Shown: in pieces, positions 56,943 through 64,000 of the stretch
Numbering within the stretch: the first letter of the stretch is position 1
How the letters are laid out: each line of letters starts with the position of its first letter
Origin: Paenibacillus hexagrammi
GTDB taxonomy: Bacteria > Bacillota > Bacilli > Paenibacillales > NBRC-103111
DNA: 64,000 bases
Direction: 5' to 3'
Assembly (NCBI RefSeq): GCF_021513275.1
Contig: NZ_CP090978.1
Span: 5,187,247 to 5,251,246, forward strand
Translations under genes and position numbers: made by a program
Notes under the pieces: model-generated
Databases searched by the model: none
The model's input: the letters and a program-made list of their open reading frames with translations, nothing else
Told to the model about the DNA's origin: nothing

Positions 56943-57847
56943 TGACTGTCATCCTTTCCAAATCGGGATATTTTCAGATAAACGACTGAGAATATCAGCA
57001 GCAGGCAGAAGGTCACGACCGTAATGGCCGATCCGTATCCGAAATCTCCGCTCTTCACGGCTAATTGTGCCACGTACAGCGTCAGCGTAGTCGTTGCATG
57101 TGCTGGACCTCCGCCGGTCAAGTTGAAGATCAGATCGATGTTATTGAACTCCCATGCGGTACGCAGCAGCGTTGTTAAGATAATCGTGTTTTTCAGATAT
57201 GGAAGCGTGACATGGGTGAAAGACTTCCAGCGCCCTGCCCCGTCAACCTTAGCCGATTCGTACAATTCCCCGGGTATCGTCTGCAAGGAGGCTAGCAGCG
57301 TGATTGAGAAGAAAGGCAGCCCCCGCCAAAACTCGGCGATAACCACGGACCCGAAAACGGTATGTACATTAGCCGTCCAGGCGATCTTATTATGAATCAA
57401 ACCCGCCGCCATCAGAAGGTGGTTGATGATCCCGATATTTTCGTTCAGCATGTTCGACCAAATCAGCGAGGCGATGACCCCGGAGATGGCCCATGGGAGG
57501 AACGCGGCCGTTCTAAACAACCAGCGAACTCTGAAGGATTGATTGAGCAGCAGTGCGACTAGCAGGCCAAAAACCAGCTGCAGACAAACCTGCACGAACA
57601 CCCATTTGACTGAGATCCACAAGCTCGAATAGAACATCGGATCGTCGGTGAATACCTTGACGAAATTCTGCAACCCGGCAAATCCGTTATAGTACGGCTT
57701 GGACATATTATAGGTCTGAAAGCTGTAGTAAAAAACGTTCGCTATCGGGTAGAACAGAAAGCTGGCGATCATCAGCAGTGCGGGAGTGATGAATAAATAA
57801 GGTAAACTGGCGGTACTCCATCTGTTGACTGTGGTTTTTTTGTTCAT
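56939..57847 (-). CDS. Carbohydrate ABC permease (MalF-like)
   Basis: TM helices and 'ELYESAKVDGAG' EAA loop; 4-nt overlap with the downstream permease gene. Confidence 0.85.
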   Translation of the reverse strand: MNKKTTVNRWSTASLPYLFITPALLMIASFLFYPIANVFYYSFQTYNMSKPYYNGFAGLQNFVKVFTDDPMFYSSLWISVKWVFVQVCLQLVFGLLVALLLNQSFRVRWLFRTAAFLPWAISGVIASLIWSNMLNENIGIINHLLMAAGLIHNKIAWTANVHTVFGSVVIAEFWRGLPFFSITLLASLQTIPGELYESAKVDGAGRWKSFTHVTLPYLKNTIILTTLLRTAWEFNNIDLIFNLTGGGPAHATTTLTLYVAQLAVKSGDFGYGSAITVVTFCLLLIFSVVYLKISRFGKDDSQ

Positions 57848-58041
57848 GTTTTTACCCTCACCTTTTTGTTCTTACACAAAGTTTAAGTGAAGAGCGGTCA
57901 TATTCGAATCCAAATTTTTATTCGATTTGTACACTTTTTTTAACAAAGAGATGAGAGGGAGAAACCTGTTTATATAGTAAAAAACCCCCTTGCTAAAAGG
58001 AGGTAGACTGTTGTTGATAAGAGGCAATGAAGGGCTCGTAG

Positions 58042-59628
58042 TCATCGTTTTCTGTATTCAGACGGCGAATAGCCCGTGTATTTCTTGAAACAAACACTAA
58101 AGTACTGGGGATTGTTGAACCCAACCTTCTCTGAGATTTCAAAGCTTTTATAGTCCTCTTGAGTAAATAGCTCAATGGCCTTCGTCATACGGATGTCGAG
58201 GAGCACTTTATTAAAGTTCGTTTTGAGCTCCCTCTTGAACAGCAGACTCAAATAAGTCGCGCTTACAAAGACCTCTTTGGCCACTTCGTTCAGCGTCAAT
58301 TCATGATCGGAATAACGCCCGTTCATATATTCGACAGCCAGCTCCACTGTCTTTTTCCTTGTGTTCATCTTCTTGCTCTTCATGAAGCCAATCAAATCAC
58401 CGAACAAACCGCGCAGAACCTCGAAGATATCCTCAATGATTTCCGCTTTGAAGATGCTCTTATACGCCTCCGAAATCCGTTCCTCGTAATGCTCCCGCCA
58501 CTCCTTCATTTCCTGAAAAAGAAAGGCTATCGTCTCCACGCCGATAAACTGTGCCTGCTCGAGCGAGTCGATTCCGCTATGCACCAGCTCCTGCTCGATT
58601 TCGAAGATAACCTCGTACGTCTCCTCGAGCAGCCCCATTTTGGCCTTAGCTACCAGTAAGTCCTGCCTCTCTCTGATTTCCGTCGTATTCACAGTTTCCT
58701 CAGAGCCTTCTAAACGGTCATGCGTCGTCAGTACGCGGTTTTTCCCACGAACCAGCCTTAAATTCAAAACAGAATCGGCATCCGCGTAAGCTTCGGACAA
58801 GCTCTCCAGCCCTTGGTACACATTGCCCTGACCTACCGTGACCGTGGATTTCAAGTATAATTCGATCGTTGTACGCAGCTTTTCTGCGAAACTGCCCACC
58901 TTCGCTTGCAGCTCACTCTTCGGCACATCGTGATTAATGAACATAACCATCCGGTCATCGTTTTCAAAATAAATATATCCGTGAAAATACTGTCGAAGCA
59001 GCTCCTCACAAATGTTCAGCATGCAAAAATGGTACAGCTCTTTTTCCTTATACCGGGTAAGGATAGCCCCACTGTGGTAATCGTCTATCTTAACGATCAA
59101 AACCGCAACTTGCGAGTCTTCCAGATGGATGCCAAGACTTTCCCTTTCGCCTTCCGTTCCAACAGCCGACGCCTCTCCGATAAGCAGTTTTTTCAAATAC
59201 GTTCCCCGCAGGTAGGGCAGTCCTTCTTTGATTTGCCGCTGCAGCGTGTACTCTTTTTCCAATTCCCGTTTGATCTCGGTAATCTTCTCGCATAGATGTT
59301 TGCTGTCAACCGGCTTTAAAATATAATCAAATACCCTCAGCTTCAGCGCTTCCTGAACGTATTCAAACTCCCCGTACCCTGTCAGAAAAATTACTTTCGA
59401 TTCGGGATACTGTTCCCGTACGATCTGGCTCATCTGCAAGCCGTCCATAAAAGGCATCCGAATATCCGTAATGATGATCTGCGGCCTCTCTGCGGCGATT
59501 AATTCCAATCCTTTATTTCCATTGCTCGCGGTCCCAACCACCCTGCAGCCAAGCTCCGCCCAGGGGATGGTGTGGGTTAGCCCCTTTCTGATAATCATGT
59601 CGTCATCAATAATAGCTACTTTATACAT
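58042..59628 (-). CDS. Response regulator, receiver + long linker + AraC-type HTH (YesN-like, 528 aa)
   Basis: 'MYKVAIIDDD...IIITDIRMP' receiver and a C-terminal AraC HTH. Confidence 0.85.
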   Translation of the reverse strand: MYKVAIIDDDMIIRKGLTHTIPWAELGCRVVGTASNGNKGLELIAAERPQIIITDIRMPFMDGLQMSQIVREQYPESKVIFLTGYGEFEYVQEALKLRVFDYILKPVDSKHLCEKITEIKRELEKEYTLQRQIKEGLPYLRGTYLKKLLIGEASAVGTEGERESLGIHLEDSQVAVLIVKIDDYHSGAILTRYKEKELYHFCMLNICEELLRQYFHGYIYFENDDRMVMFINHDVPKSELQAKVGSFAEKLRTTIELYLKSTVTVGQGNVYQGLESLSEAYADADSVLNLRLVRGKNRVLTTHDRLEGSEETVNTTEIRERQDLLVAKAKMGLLEETYEVIFEIEQELVHSGIDSLEQAQFIGVETIAFLFQEMKEWREHYEERISEAYKSIFKAEIIEDIFEVLRGLFGDLIGFMKSKKMNTRKKTVELAVEYMNGRYSDHELTLNEVAKEVFVSATYLSLLFKRELKTNFNKVLLDIRMTKAIELFTQEDYKSFEISEKVGFNNPQYFSVCFKKYTGYSPSEYRKR

Positions 59629-59646
59629 CTGCGGCCTCCTTCCCCT

Positions 59647-61475
59647 CTACAGGACTATCGGAACTCGAATTCGCACGACGGTTCCTTTTCCCCATTCACT
59701 CTCGATGTCTAGGCCATATCTGCTTCCATAATGGGTCTGCAGACGATTGTGAACGTTAAACATACCGAAACCATGCCTTCCCTTCACGATATCCGTTTTA
59801 TTCAGCTTCGCTTTGATCTCAGCCAGTTTGTCCGCAGGAATGCCCGCTCCGTCATCCGAGATCTCAAACACAATATCTTGCAGATCCCGATACCCTGTAA
59901 TTTGGATCAAGCTCCAATCTTCGGTTTCCTTGACACCATGATAGATCGCGTTCTCCACGACCGGCTGCAGGATCAGCTTGATTACTTTGCTTGGTGCGAT
60001 CTCCGGGTCAATTGAAATTTCATAGTGGAAGGAATCACCGTAACGCATACTCAATATCACAAAGTAATTTCGAATGAGATCAATCTCTTCCTCCACCGTA
60101 ATAACCTCTTGCCCGCTGCTCAGACTCGTCCGGTAGAAGTTGGACAGCGCCAGTACCATGTCGCTAGCAGCCTCATTATCCTTGAGGTCCACCAGCTGTT
60201 TAATGGCAAACAGTGTATTGTACAAAAAATGCGGCTTGATTTGGGCCTGCATGGCATCAAATTCGGCCACACGCTTGTGCTCCTGCTCCACTTTAATTTC
60301 TTCGAGCAATCGGCTTACACTTTTCACTAGACGACCGATACTGCGGTTTAGCACGCCGATCTCGTTATGCACATCCACATCAAAATCCACATCCAGATTT
60401 CCGCTTTCAACTTTATAGACCTTCCGCGTGAGAGTAGCTAGCGGCTTCGTCAGCACCTTAGCCAGCAGGTTGGAGAGTAGTACCGCAATCAGAATGACAA
60501 GCAGCGTAATGGCCAGAAACAAGTACTTCGTGCTGCTCAGCTTATTTAGCAGATCGCTCTCCGGATAAACCGCCACAACCTTCCACTGATTCACTTTCAG
60601 AGTATCGAAGACCACAAACACTCTTTTACCATGCGGTTTAATGAAGCTAAAGGTCCCCGAGGACTCCGAGGTATGAGTTAGATAATCAATAACCTTGTCA
60701 TCCAGCTGCTCATTCGGTTCAACAGATTTGAAGTTCATGACTCCACCTCCCCCACCAGCGCTAAATAGCCGTGTTCACTGATTTGGGGATTCGCCAGAAT
60801 GTCCACGAACCAGCTTTCCCGCAGCTGAAAAGATAGAATCCCTTTTACCAGAGAATCCTTATCGCCTATTATTCTTTGCAGACTTACGGTTTTATCGTCA
60901 GGCGGATTCCGGTCTGCTATAATGTTATTTTGCAAATTCAACCATACATAACCGTCATTCCTGCCGCCGTATCGATCATAAAATTCATTAAAATTAAACT
61001 TGATGTTATTGACGTTGAAATCTTTCTTCTGTACGAGGACCTTGCCATCATTCAAAATGACAAAAATAGAATCCAGCATGGAATAGTAGGTGTTGTAAAT
61101 CCGATCCACGCTTTGATTTAGACTTAGATAATTCTCCGTCTCTACGTCCGAGTAGTAGCCTAACTGGTTCACTATGGCATTTGTATTCGATTCTTCCGCC
61201 AGTATAACCAACTGTTGAAACACATCACTTAACCGGTTATCCAAATAATCTCTCGTCTGCGTGACCGTATCCATGATGTTCACACTGGCACTGCTCTGGA
61301 CTTGCCTAACCGAGATTAAGTAGGAAAAATACCCCATGATGATCACAATCATCATAATGGAAGGGATAAACAAGTAGATGATCATGGATTTCAGGGGGAA
61401 CATGGTGTTCATCCACCTGTTTTTGATCTTTTGCAATACGCCATGAAATAATGTCGGCATCAGGAACATCCCCAT
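59647..61475 (-). pseudogene. YesM-like sensor histidine kinase split into two ORFs (60735..61475 TM1+sensor; 59647..60738 sensor rest+TM2+HAMP+kinase) meeting at an ATGA overlap just after a G5 run
   Basis: The combined length (246+363 aa) and domain order equal a single YesM-type kinase. Adding one G to the GGGGG run at 60750-60754 fuses the frames as ...ALVGGGGVMNFKSV.... Confidence 0.6.
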
Positions 61476-61716
61476 TTAGGTAAATTCGGGCTGAGTAAAA
61501 GAGAGGATGACCGCATCATGGTTGATGTGATCATCCTTTATCGGAATATTTAAGGAAGCTTGTATACATGATGATTCGACATATCGTGTCGAATTCCTGT
61601 CAAACAGCGCTCTTTAAAATGGATGAGGTTCGTAGTGACAAGTGAATATGAAAAAAGACCCCTGACATTCAGAGGTCATCAACTTGCTTATTAAGCTTGG
61701 GTTTGTTGGTGAAGCA

Positions 61717-63290
61717 CTACCTCAAAAGCATATTCTCCGGCAGCGGGACGACCGTTTGAATGATATAGCCTGCGCTGCCGTTTTGAGCCATTGAGTCGCT
61801 TGTAGTGGCGCCAGCGCCGCCGTTGCCGCCACTGGCTCCGCCTCCGCCACCGCTGTTAATCGTTGCCGATCCTCCCGATGTTGATCCGTAAGCTCCGCCG
61901 TTAACCTGTACCGTACCTGTGATCGAAGCTGCGCTAGTCGAAATCAAATGCACGATCCCGCCGCCACCGCCGCCACCGCCACCTTCGGAGCTGCCGCCAT
62001 TGCCGTCAAATCCGGCACTTCCGCTGCCGCCGTTCGCCTGTATGGATCCCATAATGCTCATGGCTCCTTTGGCGGCAAGAACGATGATACCGCCAGCGCC
62101 GCCGCCGGCTCCTGGAATACCCAAACCTGCCGTATTCGGATTTGTTCCATTGGCTCCATTGGCCCAGATTGATGCTCCACTTGTTACAGTCAGATTATCT
62201 TTGGCAATCATCACGATAGAGCCGCCGCCTTCTCCACCTGTTGCCGAAAGATCACGGCTGCCGGCCCCCCTGCTGCCGCATCGGGCAAGGCGATACTTGC
62301 AGCGGTGAGATAAGAAATGCCTTTGCCCCCGATGCCGGGTGCCGCTGCAGATAGAGATATGCCGGGATGCGGGCTATAAGGATTCGTATTCATGGCTCCC
62401 GGCATCACCTGTATGGCGCCTGAAACGGTAATGCTTCCTGTTGAACGAAGGATCGTACCGCTAGGTACCTTCAACGTACCTGCAATCGAAATACTGGTGA
62501 ATTGCAGGTTTCCACCATAATATGGGCTTCCCGAAGTGAGGGAGGTTAAGTCAAGGGTTTGACCTATGGACACGCTTAAAGCTCCAGCCGATCCGTCTCC
62601 GTAAATGCCGTTGTCGCCCGAGAGACCCTGCGGACCTACTGCTCCTACTGGTCCTTGGATACCTTGTATGCCCTGAGGCCCTGCAGGACCAGCCGGACCA
62701 GCGGGGCCAGCAGGGCCTTGCTCACCTGTATCACCTTTGTCTCCTTTGATCCCCTGGGGACCAGCTGCACCTGCCGGCCCCTGTGCACCCGGATCGCCCT
62801 TGTCTCCCTTCTCTCCTTGAGGGCCCGCAGGACCCATCGGACCGGCAGGACCCTGCTCGCCGGTGTCACCTTTGTCCCCTTGGACTCCCTGAGGACCGGG
62901 TGCACCCGCTGCGCCTGCCGGACCCTGTGCACCTGAATCGCCCATGTCTCCCTTCTCTCCTTGAGGGCCCGCAGGACCCATCGGACCGGCAGGACCCTGC
63001 TCGCCGGTATCACCCTTGTCCCCCTTTATTCCCTGAGGACCCGCTTCTCCTGCAAGACCTTGCTCGCCCACCGGGCCCATAGGACCTTGATCCCCCTTCA
63101 CATTAAGTGTGTACTCCGTTTGGTTCGCCTCACAACTGCTGCCGGGAGCAAGCAAATGGATCTGCCCGTTACTGCCGACACAAATTTCGATGGTATCCAA
63201 CAGTGTGGAATTCGCCCACGCCCCTGGGATTTGTGTGCCTAACAGTAACACACTCACTGCCACGGCGATTTTTCCTTTTAATGTATTCAT
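61717..63290 (-). pseudogene. Collagen-like triple-helix repeat surface protein (BclA-like) with Gly-rich beta-helix-like C-terminal domain; reading frame broken at a C7/G7 tract (~62266-62272)
   Basis: Signal peptide and >60 G-X-Y triplets with 144-bp internal repeats. The downstream ORF 61717..62214 continues the Gly-rich 'GGxGG' C-terminal domain in another frame. Confidence 0.7.
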
Positions 63291-63314
63291 ATTTATAATG
63301 GCCCCTCTCTTACT

Positions 63315-64000
63315 TCACTGAATAAACTTTACGAGCTTCAGCATCCTCTCCAGCATGGCGGCGGTCTCCGCCCGTGTCGATAAGCTTGTCGGACGGAACA
63401 TGCCTTCTCCATCAATAATCCCTGTTTCGGAAGCCTTATTCACGGCTTGATGCGCCCACTCGGCAATCATTCCCGCATCAGTAAAGACGGTGTTCCGATC
63501 TTTTCCTTCCGGCTTGACCTCTGTATAATTCATGGCGCCGACGATCATTTGAACGAGTTCTTCCCGGGTAACGGACTGGTCGGCACGGAACGTTCCGTCT
63601 TCGTAGCCGGAGACAAGACCTGCCCGGTATGCCATATTCACCGCCTGTTCGTACCAGCCCCCGGAAATATCCGTGAATGGGCTTTTCGTCTCGCTTGGCG
63701 CAAGTCCTAATGCTCTGACCAGCAGTGACGCGACTTCCGCGCGTGTGATCGGCGCATCCGGTGCAAAAGCGTTCTTGCTGCGCCCCTCAATAATTAGCTT
63801 AGAAGCGAGCAACTCAATCGGCGCTTTCCCCCAATGATTGTGCACATCGTCAAAAGTAACAGGCCGGTTGATCACCGTATATAGGCTAGCCCCCTGCCGC
63901 TTCATGACAGCAACCCATTTTCCGTTCTTCTTTTCAAAGTAGGTCGGCACATAGTGAAACTCGTTGCTCTCCGTAACCCACCAAACGCCCGTTGCAGTTG
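63315..64000 (-). CDS. SLH-domain protein, C-terminal part (gene continues beyond the window end)
   Basis: Three SLH repeats ('FTDAGMIAEWAHQAVNKASETGII', 'FTDISGGWYEQAVNMAYRAGLVSG', 'FAPDAPITRAEVASLLVRAL'). No signal peptide at the first Met, and the frame stays open to the window edge. Confidence 0.6.
   Translation of the reverse strand, partial: TATGVWWVTESNEFHYVPTYFEKKNGKWVAVMKRQGASLYTVINRPVTFDDVHNHWGKAPIELLASKLIIEGRSKNAFAPDAPITRAEVASLLVRALGLAPSETKSPFTDISGGWYEQAVNMAYRAGLVSGYEDGTFRADQSVTREELVQMIVGAMNYTEVKPEGKDRNTVFTDAGMIAEWAHQAVNKASETGIIDGEGMFRPTSLSTRAETAAMLERMLKLVKFIQ

Overview
This 64-kb window reads as a chromosomal segment from a Paenibacillus-like Firmicute, at roughly 50-55% GC with AT-rich islands. 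Supporting signs are many SLH-anchored giant surface proteins, YesMN-type two-component systems paired with sugar ABC transporters, and a collagen-like protein.

Main blocks, in order:
(1) An SNF2 helicase, an LmbE-like deacetylase, a CYTH protein and a BcII-like metallo-beta-lactamase homolog with altered zinc ligands.
(2) On the minus strand, a cobalamin riboswitch leads a putative surface B12 capture and uptake system (details below).
(3) A sulfatase-containing sugar-utilisation locus with a YesMN-like two-component system and an ABC transporter.
(4) An AT-rich accessory/defence-like island: ParE/Phd, a frameshifted RluD-like gene, a frameshifted HTH-methyltransferase, a 1267-aa Mrr-nuclease-STAND NTPase (Avs-like), VapBC and an SPFH protein.
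(5) A degenerate RNA-repair module (details below).
(6) A 1628-aa DUF4132-type giant protein of unknown function with an upstream 13-bp x9 tandem repeat array.
(7) Two giant SLH proteins (an S8 protease and a YVTN beta-propeller) sharing a near-identical ~1.25-kb C-terminal anchor cassette.
(8) An aldo-keto reductase, a GH36-like hydrolase, a second sugar ABC transporter with its two-component system, a collagen-like (BclA-like) protein and a partial SLH protein at the 3' edge.

The most interesting candidate for an undescribed system is block (2). Behind the riboswitch sits a 1509-aa S-layer-anchored protein that combines two alpha/alpha-toroid domains with three DUF4430 modules, an architecture resembling transcobalamin / intrinsic factor. 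It is followed by a DUF4430 lipoprotein and an ECF transporter (T, fused A-A, S).

Block (5) is the second notable find. An internally deleted rtcB pseudogene is transcribed divergently from an HTH regulator and two WYL regulators. Next to it lies a circularly permuted tRNA-like element that looks like a Y RNA-like (YrlA-type) ncRNA.

At least six genes are split exactly at homopolymer runs. This pattern suggests indel sequencing errors rather than true pseudogenes.
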